In this document: positions 36,338 to 45,066 of the stretch, piece by piece
Layout: every line of letters begins with the position of its first letter
Numbering within the stretch: position 1 is the first letter of the stretch
Assembly: GCA_964420075.1 (NCBI GenBank)
Contig: CAYQRE010000001.1
Span: 133,675-197,674 of the forward strand
DNA: 64,000 nt
Source: an uncultured Thermoanaerobaculia bacterium
GTDB lineage: Bacteria > Acidobacteriota > Thermoanaerobaculia > Multivoradales > SZUA-115
Direction of reading: 5' to 3'
Translations under genes and position numbers: made by a program
Notes under the pieces: model-generated
Told to the model about the DNA's origin: nothing
The model's input: the letters and a program-made list of their open reading frames with translations, nothing else
Database searches by the model: none

Positions 36338-37570
36338 ATGGCATCCCTCGACGAACTGCGCATCGACCCCAACGACCGCCTGGCGGCACCCAGCCGGCGG
36401 CGCTGGCCGCTGCTGCTCGGGCTCCTGCTCCTTGCCGGCGCCCTCGGCGCCTTCTTCCTCTTCAAGCCGGCAGCGGCGGTCGAGGTGCGCACCGCCGTGG
36501 TGCAAGCAGCACCGGCCGCCACGGCCACCGCCAGCACGCTGCTCAACGCCTCCGGCTACGTGACCGCTCGCCGCATGGCCACCGTCTCCTCCAAGGTCAC
36601 CGGCAAGGTGACCGAGGTCCGCATCGAAGAGGGCATGAAGGTCGAGGCGGGGCAGGTCCTCGCCCTCCTCGACGACTCGCTGCTGCGCCGCCAGCTGGAG
36701 CTCGACCGCGCCCGCCAGCGCACCGCCGAGACGGCGCTGCGCGAGGTCGAGGTAAGGCTCGAGCTCGCCCGCACCACGCTACGGCGGACGCGCGAGCTGG
36801 TCGACTCGCAGATCGCCGCGCAGTCGCAGCTCGACGCCGACGCGGCGGCGGTCGACGCCCTCGAGGCGGAGCTCGCCACCGCCCGCGACAACGTCGCGGT
36901 GGCGCAGCGCCAGCTCTCCCTCACCCAGCAGCAGATCGACGACTCGGTGATCCGGGCTCCCTTCGCCGGCGTGGCGATCTCGAAAGACGCGCAGCCCGGC
37001 GAGATGATCTCGCCGGTCTCGGCCGGCGGTGGTTTCACCCGCACCGGCATCGGCACCATCGTCGACATGGCGTCGCTCGAGATCGAGGTCGACGTCAACG
37101 AGGCCTACATCAACCGCGTCTTCACCGGCCAGAAGGTCGAGGCGGTGCTCAACTCCTACCCCGATTGGAAGGTCCCGGCGCACGTCATCACCACCATCCC
37201 CACCGCCGATCGCCAGAAGGCGACGGTGAAGGTGCGGATCGGCTTCGACGAGATGGACGCGCGGGTGCTCCCCGACATGGGCGTCAAGGTCTCCTTCCTC
37301 GCTGAAGAGCCTGCCGGTGGCGCTGCGGTGGCGCCGGCCGCCCGCCTGCGGGTACCGCGGGCGGCGCTGCGCGAGAAGGACGGCCGGCAGGTGGTCTTCG
37401 TGGTGCAGGGCGACACGGTCGAGGAGCGCGCGGTGACCATCGGCGTCGGGGTGAACGATCCGGCCGATGTCCTCGCCGGCCTGTCGCGGGACGAAGAGGT
37501 CGTGCTCGAGCCGCCGCCGACCCTGGTGGACGGCCAGCGCATCAAGGTCAAGCAAGGAGAGCAGGGATGA
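36338..37570 (+). CDS. Efflux transporter periplasmic adaptor subunit (HlyD/MacA family)
   Basis: N-terminal TM anchor, coiled-coil hairpin (RRQLELDRARQR...), beta-barrel/lipoyl motifs (VIRAPFAGVAISKD). Confidence 0.8.
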   Translation: MASLDELRIDPNDRLAAPSRRRWPLLLGLLLLAGALGAFFLFKPAAAVEVRTAVVQAAPAATATASTLLNASGYVTARRMATVSSKVTGKVTEVRIEEGMKVEAGQVLALLDDSLLRRQLELDRARQRTAETALREVEVRLELARTTLRRTRELVDSQIAAQSQLDADAAAVDALEAELATARDNVAVAQRQLSLTQQQIDDSVIRAPFAGVAISKDAQPGEMISPVSAGGGFTRTGIGTIVDMASLEIEVDVNEAYINRVFTGQKVEAVLNSYPDWKVPAHVITTIPTADRQKATVKVRIGFDEMDARVLPDMGVKVSFLAEEPAGGAAVAPAARLRVPRAALREKDGRQVVFVVQGDTVEERAVTIGVGVNDPADVLAGLSRDEEVVLEPPPTLVDGQRIKVKQGEQG

Positions 37571-38256
37571 GCGAACCTCTGGTCCGCATCCGCAACGTAC
37601 ACAAGGCCTACCGCCGCGGCAGCGAGCGGATCGACGTGCTGCAGGGCCTCGACGTCGAGATCCCTCGCGGCGAGTTCCTCGCCCTGATGGGGCCCTCGGG
37701 CTCCGGCAAGACCACGCTGCTCAACTTGATCGGCGGTCTCGACCGGCCCTCGGGCGGCACTCTCGAGGTCGACGGCGAGCGCATCGACCAGCTCTCCGAT
37801 CGCGAGCTGACGGCTTTCCGGGCCCGCAAGATCGGCTTCGTCTTCCAGCTCTACAACCTGCTGCCGGTGCTCACCGCCGAGCGCAACGTCGAGCTGCCGC
37901 TGCTGCTCACCCGCCTGAGCGCCGCCGAGCGCAAGAAGCGGGTGGCGACGGCGCTCAGCCTGGTCGGCCTCGGCGACCGCATGAAGCACTACCCCCGGCA
38001 GCTCTCCGGCGGCCAGGAGCAGCGGGTAGGCATCGCACGAGCGATCGTCACCGATCCCACCCTCCTGCTCTGCGACGAACCCACGGGCGACCTCGACCGC
38101 AAGTCGGGCGACGAGATCCTCGAGCTGTTGACGGCGCTCAACCGCCAGCACGGCAAGACGATCGTGATGGTCACCCACGACCCGCACGCCGCCGCCTGCG
38201 CCTCGCGGACACTTCATCTCGACAAGGGGGCGCTGGTCCAGGAGGCGGTGCGATGA
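37567..38256 (+). CDS. ABC transporter ATP-binding protein (MacB/LolD type)
   Basis: Walker [13 protein letters not shown], signature [14 protein letters not shown], Walker [13 protein letters not shown]. Confidence 0.9.
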   Translation: MSEPLVRIRNVHKAYRRGSERIDVLQGLDVEIPRGEFLALMGPSGSGKTTLLNLIGGLDRPSGGTLEVDGERIDQLSDRELTAFRARKIGFVFQLYNLLPVLTAERNVELPLLLTRLSAAERKKRVATALSLVGLGDRMKHYPRQLSGGQEQRVGIARAIVTDPTLLLCDEPTGDLDRKSGDEILELLTALNRQHGKTIVMVTHDPHAAACASRTLHLDKGALVQEAVR

Positions 38257-39413
38257 AGTACCTGCCACTGCTGTGGGCGAGCCTCAAGCGCAAGAAGGTG
38301 CGCACCGGCTTCACCCTGCTGTCGATCGCCGTCGCCTTCGTGCTGTTCGCCTATCTGGGGGCGATCCGCTCGGCGTTCGCCGCCGGCATCGACGTCGCCG
38401 GGGTCGATCGCCTGGTGGTGCTCAACAGCGTCTCGATCATCCTTCCCCTCCCCCTCGCCTACCGGGACCGCATCGCCCAGGTCCCCGGCGTCAAGGAGGT
38501 CACCTACGCCACCTGGTTCGGCGCCATCTACCAGGACGCCTCCAAGGGCTTCCAGGGCATCGGGCAGTTCCCGGTGGTCCCGGAGGAGTACCTGCGGATG
38601 TACCCGGAGTTCCAGCTGCCGGCCGACCAGCTGCGGGCCTGGGAAGAGGACCGGCAGGGCGCCGTGGTCGGTGAAGCGACCGCCAAGCGCTACGGCTGGA
38701 AGATCGGCGACCGCATCCCGCTGCTCGCCCCGTGGCCCCAGAAGAGTGGCTCGCGCACCTGGGAGTTCAACCTGCGGGGCATCTACACCACGGCGACCAA
38801 GGGCCAGGACAACACCCAGTTCCTCTTCCACTATGACTACTTCAACGAGTCGCGCCTGGGTGGGCGAGACATCGTCGGCTGGTACATCGTGCGGGTGACC
38901 GATCCGGAGCGCTCGGCGGCGATCGCCAAGCAGATTGACCAGATGTTTGAGAACTCGCCGGGCGAGACCGAGACCTCGACCGAGAAGGCCTTCATGCAGA
39001 GCTTCGCGAAGCAGATCGGCAACATCGGGGCGATCATCACCGGCATCCTCGCCGCCGTCTTCTTCACCATGCTGCTGGTGGCCGCCAATACCATGGCGCA
39101 GGCCGTGCGCGAGCGCACCGCCGAGCTGGCGGTGCTCAAGACCCTGGGCTTCTCGGGCCCGGGGGTGATGGCGTTGGTGCTCGGCGAGTCCTGCCTGATC
39201 GCGCTCCTGGGCGGCGGCATCGGGCTCGCCCTTGGCGCCTGGGGGGTCTCCCTGGGCGATCCTACGGGCGGCGCACTGCCGATCTTTTACCTGCCCAACC
39301 AGCAGATCGTCTTCGGCATCGCCCTGGTGCTGTTCCTCGGGCTCGCCACCGGCGCGCTGCCGGCGGTACAGGCCCTGCGCCTCAAGATCGTCGACGCGCT
39401 GCGGAGGGGATGA
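38253..39413 (+). CDS. ABC transporter permease, FtsX/MacB-like (1 of 2)
   Basis: ATG 38253 overlapping ATPase stop; N-terminal TM, large periplasmic domain, C-terminal 3-TM FtsX domain. Confidence 0.78.
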   Translation: MKYLPLLWASLKRKKVRTGFTLLSIAVAFVLFAYLGAIRSAFAAGIDVAGVDRLVVLNSVSIILPLPLAYRDRIAQVPGVKEVTYATWFGAIYQDASKGFQGIGQFPVVPEEYLRMYPEFQLPADQLRAWEEDRQGAVVGEATAKRYGWKIGDRIPLLAPWPQKSGSRTWEFNLRGIYTTATKGQDNTQFLFHYDYFNESRLGGRDIVGWYIVRVTDPERSAAIAKQIDQMFENSPGETETSTEKAFMQSFAKQIGNIGAIITGILAAVFFTMLLVAANTMAQAVRERTAELAVLKTLGFSGPGVMALVLGESCLIALLGGGIGLALGAWGVSLGDPTGGALPIFYLPNQQIVFGIALVLFLGLATGALPAVQALRLKIVDALRRG

Positions 39414-40609
39414 GCATGTTGCGCAGCCTGAGCCAGGTCCTCGCCGTCACCAGCCTCAACCTGCGGACGATCCGCAACCGCCTGGCCGCCTCGCTCGCCA
39501 CCGTCTTCGGGGTGGCGGGAGTGGTCGCCGTCTTCGTCGGCATCCTGTCGATCGGCGAAGGGTTCCGCGCCGCCCTACGCTCGACGGGCGGCGACGAGAT
39601 CGCCATGGTGATGCGCGGCGGCAACGACTCCGAGATGCTCTCCGGCCTGTCGCGCGAGACGACCGAGATCATCAAGCAGGCCCCGGGCGTCGCCCGTGAC
39701 GAGCAGGGCCCGATCGCCTCGGCCGAGCTCTACGTGCTCGTCGACCTGCCCCGGCGGTCGACCGGCACGGAGGCCAACGTGCCCCTGCGCGGCATCCAGC
39801 CGCAGGCGCTCGCCGTGCGGGGCGGTGCCGTCCGGGTCGTCGAGGGCCGGATGCTCACCCCGGGCACCAACGAGGTGGTCGTCGGCCGCGGCGCCGCCCG
39901 CGAGTTTGCCGGCCTCGACCTCGGCCGCACCAACCGCTGGGGCCAGAACAGCTGGACCGTGGTGGGGATCTTCGAGTCCGGCGGCACGGTGGTCGAGTCC
40001 GAGATCTGGGCCGACGTCGCCGTGCTCGCCCCGGCCTACAACCGCGGCTCCTTTCTGCAGTCGGTGCGCGCTCGCCTCGAGTCGCCGGCGAGCTTCCGGG
40101 CGTTCAAGGACGCGCTGACCGCCGACCCCCGCCTCGAGGTGGAGGTGAAGACCGAGCGCGACTACTTCGCCGGCCAGTCCGTGCTGATGACCCAGATCAT
40201 CCAGGGCCTCGGCACTCTGATCGCCGTGCTAATGAGCATCGGCGCCGTCTTCGGCGCGGTCAACACGATGTACTCGGCCGTCGCCGCACGCAGCCGCGAG
40301 ATCGCCACGCTGCGCGCGCTGGGCTTCTCCGCCGCGCCGGTGGTGATCTCGGTGCTCGCCGAAGGGCTGGTGCTGGCGCTGGTCGGCGGCCTGATCGGCG
40401 GTACCCTCGCCTACTTCGGCTTCAACGGCATCCAGACCTCGACGATCAACTGGCAGAGCTTCAGCCAGGTGGCCTTCGCCTTCGCCGTGACGCCGCGCCT
40501 TTTGGTGCAGGGCGCCCTTTTCGCGTTGTTCATCGGGCTGGTCGGCGGCCTCTTCCCGGCCATCCGGGCCGCCCGCCTGCCGGTCGCCCAGGCGCTGCGC
40601 GAGCTCTGA
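39410..40609 (+). CDS. ABC transporter permease, FtsX/MacB-like (2 of 2)
   Basis: Same architecture as preceding gene; ATGA overlap. Confidence 0.78.
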   Translation: MSMLRSLSQVLAVTSLNLRTIRNRLAASLATVFGVAGVVAVFVGILSIGEGFRAALRSTGGDEIAMVMRGGNDSEMLSGLSRETTEIIKQAPGVARDEQGPIASAELYVLVDLPRRSTGTEANVPLRGIQPQALAVRGGAVRVVEGRMLTPGTNEVVVGRGAAREFAGLDLGRTNRWGQNSWTVVGIFESGGTVVESEIWADVAVLAPAYNRGSFLQSVRARLESPASFRAFKDALTADPRLEVEVKTERDYFAGQSVLMTQIIQGLGTLIAVLMSIGAVFGAVNTMYSAVAARSREIATLRALGFSAAPVVISVLAEGLVLALVGGLIGGTLAYFGFNGIQTSTINWQSFSQVAFAFAVTPRLLVQGALFALFIGLVGGLFPAIRAARLPVAQALREL

Positions 40610-40646
40610 CGGCTGTCTCGGGCCGGGCCCACTGGGGTCCGGCCCC

Positions 40647-41402
40647 TTGGCCATGGTGAACCACCCGCTCTCCTCCTACCTGCTCCTCGCCGGCGCAGGA
40701 CTCGTCGCCGGTGTGCTCAACGTCGTCGCCGGCGGTGGCTCGTTCCTCACCCTGCCGGCCCTGCTCTATTGCGGGCTGCCGGCCAGCTTCGCCAACGCCA
40801 CCAACCGCGTCGGCGTGGTGATGCAGAACCTCGGTGCGGTGTGGAGCTTCCGCCGCCACGGCGTGCTGGCCGCCCGCTGGGCCCTCGCCGCCGCCGTGCC
40901 CGCCTGCGCCGGGGCCCTCGTCGGCGTCTGGCTCGCCCTGCGGATCTCGGACGACGCCCTGCGCCGCGTCCTCGCCGTCCTCATGGTGGTGATCAGCCTG
41001 TGGAGCCTGTTCGCTCCCCAGCCGCGGACCGCCGCCGCGAACCAGCCGACCGCCCACCCTTGGCTCGTGGCGGCCGGCTTCCTCGTCGCCGGTCTCTACA
41101 CCGGCTTCATCCAGGCCGGCGTCGGCTTCCTCGTCCTCGCCGTGACCTCGTTCGCCGGCTTCGACCTGGTGCGTGGCAACGCCATCAAGGTCGCCGTGAT
41201 CCTCATCGCCACGGCCCTCTCGTTGGCCCTCTTCGCCGCCGAGGGCAAGGTGGACTGGCTCGCCGGCCTCGCCCTCGGCACCGGCAACCTGCTGGGCGGC
41301 CTCGCCGGCGCCCGCCTCACGGTGCTCAAGGGCCACCGCTGGATCCGCAGCGTGGTCACCGTCGCAGTGATCGCCGTCGCCGTCCGTCTCTGGCTTCCCT
41401 AG
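40647..41402 (+). CDS. TauE/SafE-family sulfite/anion exporter (DUF81)
   Basis: 251 aa, 7-8 TM, GGGSFLTLPALL motif typical of TauE/SafE. Confidence 0.8.
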   Translation: MAMVNHPLSSYLLLAGAGLVAGVLNVVAGGGSFLTLPALLYCGLPASFANATNRVGVVMQNLGAVWSFRRHGVLAARWALAAAVPACAGALVGVWLALRISDDALRRVLAVLMVVISLWSLFAPQPRTAAANQPTAHPWLVAAGFLVAGLYTGFIQAGVGFLVLAVTSFAGFDLVRGNAIKVAVILIATALSLALFAAEGKVDWLAGLALGTGNLLGGLAGARLTVLKGHRWIRSVVTVAVIAVAVRLWLP

Positions 41403-41917
41403 CCGGGCTCGGCGGGTGCGAGCGCGCTCTCGAGCGCTCGGCCAGTGAGGCGCAACGCCGTCGGACCGGCCGCCGTCAAGAGCAGGGCGAGGGCGTGCGG
41501 GCTGCGCACCAGGGCAACGGCCAGGTTGAGGGCGGCGACCAGCGCTTCATCGAAGTGCTGCAGGTGGCCACAGGTCGCGTCCTGCTCGTAGACAGCGAAG
41601 CCCGCGGGGCCGCGCTCGGCGGCGAGATCGAACAGCCCGCCGTAGCCGATCCCGGGCAGGAGGGCGGCGCTCAGCTGGGCGAGAGCGCGGTCACGGAACA
41701 CCGCCCGCGGCAGGTCGCCGGCCGCCGGCGTCTCCCATTGGCGGAAGACGCCAAAACCGCCCGCGAGCGGCCGCACCGCCCAGGGCCCGGCCAGCTCGGC
41801 AGCCAGCGCCTCCCGCGGCTCGTCGTGGCCGTCAAGGCGGGTCAAGAACTCGGCGGCGAAGGCGTTGGCTGGCTCGGCCGGCGGCGCCGGCTGCAGGTCG
41901 TCGGGATCAGGGCTCAC
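41399..41917 (-). CDS. Hypothetical protein (acidic N-terminus; paralog of 63021..63528)
   Basis: Start refined to GTG 41917 (AAGGAG RBS); shares AGPW-VR---GGF-V-R, LA-L-AALLP and PEALAHLLLAAG blocks with the 63021 protein. Confidence 0.45.
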   Translation of the reverse strand: MSPDPDDLQPAPPAEPANAFAAEFLTRLDGHDEPREALAAELAGPWAVRPLAGGFGVFRQWETPAAGDLPRAVFRDRALAQLSAALLPGIGYGGLFDLAAERGPAGFAVYEQDATCGHLQHFDEALVAALNLAVALVRSPHALALLLTAAGPTALRLTGRALESALAPAEPG

Positions 41918-42215
41918 GGAAGGCTCCTTTCTGCTCGGTTGGCTGCTCGCTCGCGTTGCCGTTCTGGTGGCTACCCGCGCCGCCAAGACGGACGACTACC
42001 AGTCCTTGCTGTTTTCCTTGTCGAAAATGTCTGGCTCTTGACTTGCCTTCTCGAGATCATGGGATTCTTCCCATCATGCCATTGGACTTACGCCTCTTTT
42101 GCGTAATCCTAGCCCATCCCTGGCCACGTCGCAAGGCTCGGTCGTGGAGGGCTCTGCCATACTCGCGGCCGCGGCCGGCCCGCCCCGCCGCACCACGACC
42201 CCGAGGAGCGACCGC

Positions 42216-42812
42216 ATGCTGTTGGTGGAACCCGAAATCGACGACCCCATCGCGCGCTTCCAGACGGTGTTCGCGGCCGCCACCGCCACCGGCATGCGGG
42301 ATCCCAACGCCATGGTGGTCTCGACGGTCTCGGCGGCGGGGCAGCCCTCGTCGCGGGTGGTCCTGCTCAAAGGGGTCGACGAGCGCGGCTTCGTCTTCTA
42401 CACCAACCTGGAGAGCCGCAAGGGGCGTGAGCTCCAGGCCAACCCGCGAGTCAGCCTGAGCTTCTTTTGGCGCGAGCTCGACCAGCAGGTGACGGTGCTC
42501 GGTGAAGCCACCGCGGTGAGCGAAGCCGAGGCCGACGAGTACTTCGCCAGCCGGCCCCGCGGCAGCCAGCTGGGGGCCTGGGCCTCGCAGCAGAGCCGGC
42601 CGCTCGACAGCCGCGCCCTGCTGGTGGCGGAGGTCGCCAAGCTCGGCGCCCGCTACGCCGGCCGGTCCGTGCCGCGGCCACCACATTGGAGCGGTTTCCG
42701 GGTGGTGCCCAGCCTCTTCGAGTTCTGGATCGCCGGCGAGTTCCGGCTGCACGACCGCACCCGCTATGAGCGGGACGGTGCCGGCTGGCGGCTCACCAAG
42801 CTCTATCCCTGA
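42216..42812 (+). CDS. pdxH: Pyridoxamine 5'-phosphate oxidase
   Basis: Start ATG 42216 (GAGGAG RBS); conserved RVVLLKGVDERGFVFYTN, SRKGRELQANP and C-terminal EFWIAGEFRLHDR motifs of PdxH. Confidence 0.82.
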   Translation: MLLVEPEIDDPIARFQTVFAAATATGMRDPNAMVVSTVSAAGQPSSRVVLLKGVDERGFVFYTNLESRKGRELQANPRVSLSFFWRELDQQVTVLGEATAVSEAEADEYFASRPRGSQLGAWASQQSRPLDSRALLVAEVAKLGARYAGRSVPRPPHWSGFRVVPSLFEFWIAGEFRLHDRTRYERDGAGWRLTKLYP

Positions 42813-43384
42813 GCCGCCAGCTGCGCCACCTCGGGGTACCGGAAGCAGCCCACGAGGTGATCGTTGACCATCCCCACCGCCTGCATGAAGGCGTAGCAGA
42901 TGGTTGGCCCCACGAAGCGGAAGCCCCGCCGCGCCAAGTCCTTGGAGAGCGCCACCGATTCGGGGGTCGAGGCCGGCACGGCGGCGAGCGAGGCCCAGGC
43001 CCCCTGCCGCGCTCGGCCGTCGACGAAGCCCCAGAGGTAGCGGTCGAAGGAGCCCAGCTCGTCGACCAGCTGCAGGAAGGCCATGGCGTTGCTGATGCTG
43101 GCGGCGACCTTGGCGCGGTTGCGGACGATCCCCGGATCGGCCAGCAGGCTGGCGACCTTGGCGTCGTCGTAGCGCGCGATGCGCGCCGGGTCGAAGCCGT
43201 CGTAGACCTCGCGGTAACGCTGGCGCTTCTTGAGAATGGTCGACCAGGACAGGCCGGCCTGCGCTCCCTCGAGGACCAGCATCTCGAAGAGCGCCCGGTC
43301 GTCGTGCAGGGGCACGCCCCACTCCCGGTCGTGGTAGTCGACGTACAGGGGGTCCGTGCCACACCACGGGCATCGCGCCATCAT
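42803..43384 (-). CDS. tag: DNA-3-methyladenine glycosylase I
   Basis: Start ATG 43384 (MMARCPWCG...); zinc-binding C4W C5... and YHDREWGVP motif diagnostic of Tag. Confidence 0.85.
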   Translation of the reverse strand: MMARCPWCGTDPLYVDYHDREWGVPLHDDRALFEMLVLEGAQAGLSWSTILKKRQRYREVYDGFDPARIARYDDAKVASLLADPGIVRNRAKVAASISNAMAFLQLVDELGSFDRYLWGFVDGRARQGAWASLAAVPASTPESVALSKDLARRGFRFVGPTICYAFMQAVGMVNDHLVGCFRYPEVAQLAAQG

Positions 43385-43594
43385 CGCAGCCCTCCCGCGC
43401 CGCCCCTGCGGCCCCGCCACCAGCGTCGCGACGGGCCAGGCGGCAGGCCTCGCGCAAGCTACCGCGGCGGCCCTCCCGCCGCAAGCCCTACGCGTTTCCC
43501 GGTTGGCAGGCCGTCCGGCACTGGATAGACAGGGCCAAGGCCTGCACTCGCGATCCGCAGCCGGACGGACGGCCGCGCCCGGGCGGCAAGATAG

Positions 43595-43626
43595 TTGACA
43601 GCGTAGACAATGAGAAATGATAAAAT
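43595..43626 (+). promoter_or_regulatory. Sigma-70-like promoter (TTGACA ... TAAAAT / ATGATA) driving the HTH regulator gene
   Basis: TTGACA at 43595-43600; ATGATA at 16 nt spacing or TAAAAT at 43621-43626; in AT-richer divergent intergenic region between tag and the HTH gene. Confidence 0.45.
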
Positions 43627-43688
43627 CTTACACTCAGCAAGCAGGCTCGGTTCCGACAACAGGAGAGGATTACTCTCGGAGGGAAGAC

Positions 43689-44132
43689 ATGGAGGATGAC
43701 GCTCGCCTCGGAAAGCTCCTCAAGCTTCTGCAGGGCTCGATCCGCGCCGCCGGACTCACCCAAACGGAGGTCGATGAACGCATCGGCCGCCGCCGCGGCT
43801 ACCTGAGCCACGTCTTTCAGCGCCGCGTGGACCTCAAGGTGATCGACCTGTTGCGGGCGCTGGAAGTCCTCGAGATCGACCCCGCACGGTTCTTCGCCGT
43901 GGCGCTGGGCAGCCGCCCTGAGCCGCGTGCGAGCCTCGACGAGCCGTTGCTGCTGATGGGCTCCTCCCGCCTGAACGGGCCGCTGCAGCGCCTCGACGAG
44001 CGCGGCGCGCGGTCCGCCGAGGCCGATGGCCTGGTCGAGCTGGTGCAAGCCACCGTCCGCCGGGTGCTGGCGGAGGTCGAAGACAGCCAGGCCACGCCCT
44101 TGCGGCGGGGCCGCGCCGCGTTCGGCAGCTAG
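43689..44132 (+). CDS. XRE-type helix-turn-helix transcriptional regulator
   Basis: Start ATG 43689 (GGAGGG RBS); HTH: LTQTEVDERIGRRRGYLSHVFQRR; belongs to a small paralogous family with 60062..60733 and 62462..62956. Confidence 0.55.
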   Translation: MEDDARLGKLLKLLQGSIRAAGLTQTEVDERIGRRRGYLSHVFQRRVDLKVIDLLRALEVLEIDPARFFAVALGSRPEPRASLDEPLLLMGSSRLNGPLQRLDERGARSAEADGLVELVQATVRRVLAEVEDSQATPLRRGRAAFGS

Positions 44133-44136
44133 GTCT

Positions 44137-44922
44137 TCAAGGCAGCGACCGCACGTACCCGCCGTCGACCGTCACCGCCTGGCCGGTGACGTAGGACGCC
44201 TCGGGCGAGGCGAGAAACCCCACCACCGCGCCGATCTCCTCGGCGCGGGCCAGGCGGCCGGCGGGGATCTGTGCCGCCCAGCCGGCCACCACCTCAGCAG
44301 GGCTCTCTCCCGAACGCGCTGAACGTGCCGCAGCCAGCTCCTCTTGGCGCTCGGTCAAGGTGTAGCCCGGCAACACCGCGTTGACCGTAATGCCTTCCGC
44401 CGCTACCTCTTGGGAGAGGGTCTTCAAGTAGCCGAGCACGGCCGGGCGCAGAGCGTTCGAGAGCGCCAGGCCGGGGATCGGCTGCCGCGCCGAGACGGAG
44501 TTGATGGCGAGGATGCGGCCCCAGCGGCGGGCCCGCATGCCGGGGAGCACCAGGGCACAGAGACGGGGCACGAAGAGGAACGCCAGGGGGATCGCCGCCT
44601 GCCAGTCCGCCTCGGTGAGCTCGAGGGCCGGCTTGGCGGGCGGGCCGCCGCCGTTGGCGACCAGGATGTCGATCGGCCCCAGCCGCTCCTCGACGGCCTC
44701 GACCAGCGTTTGGATGGCGGCCAGCTCCCGCACGTCCGAGGCCAGCGTCACCACCTCGGCACCCCGCGTCGCCAGGGCCTGGCGGGCCTGCGCCAGCTTC
44801 TCCTCGCTGCGGCTCGCGAGCGCGATCCGCGCCCCCCGCTCGGCGAGCGCCGCCGCCGCCGCGAAGCCGAGGCCGGAGCTGCCTCCCGTGATCAAGGCCA
44901 CCTTTCCCGTCAGGCTCGCCAT
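44137..44922 (-). CDS. SDR-family oxidoreductase
   Basis: VALITGGSSGLGFA Rossmann motif, NGGG, Y-x3-K. Confidence 0.8.
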   Translation of the reverse strand: MASLTGKVALITGGSSGLGFAAAAALAERGARIALASRSEEKLAQARQALATRGAEVVTLASDVRELAAIQTLVEAVEERLGPIDILVANGGGPPAKPALELTEADWQAAIPLAFLFVPRLCALVLPGMRARRWGRILAINSVSARQPIPGLALSNALRPAVLGYLKTLSQEVAAEGITVNAVLPGYTLTERQEELAAARSARSGESPAEVVAGWAAQIPAGRLARAEEIGAVVGFLASPEASYVTGQAVTVDGGYVRSLP

Positions 44923-45009
44923 CGCTGTCTCCCTTCGAGCTCGTCTGCCGGCGAGGATAGCAAGGGCCCGGGGGTCGGAGCGTGGCGTTGCCGGGCTGGC
45001 ATTGGCGAT

Positions 45010-45038
45010 TTGCCACGCATCTATGACCCGCCTAGAAT
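45010..45038 (+). promoter_or_regulatory. Sigma-70-like promoter TTGCCA-17-TAGAAT upstream of the large secreted protein gene
   Basis: TTGCCA 45010-45015, 17-nt spacer, TAGAAT 45033-45038; about 28 nt upstream of ATG 45067. Confidence 0.45.
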
Positions 45039-45066
45039 GCTCGCTTCAGCTCTGGGAGAGACCCCG

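Noticed and set aside
43617-43688. Upstream ATG (MIKSYTQQ...) of the HTH regulator ORF
   Set aside because: This ATG lies inside the predicted TTGACA/TAAAAT promoter; ATG 43689 has a GGAGGG RBS and is the more plausible start.
44344-45066. 5' extension of the large secreted protein ORF (track ORF 44344..47346)
   Set aside because: Overlaps the minus-strand SDR gene and promoter; signal peptide and promoter/RBS logic place the start at ATG 45067.
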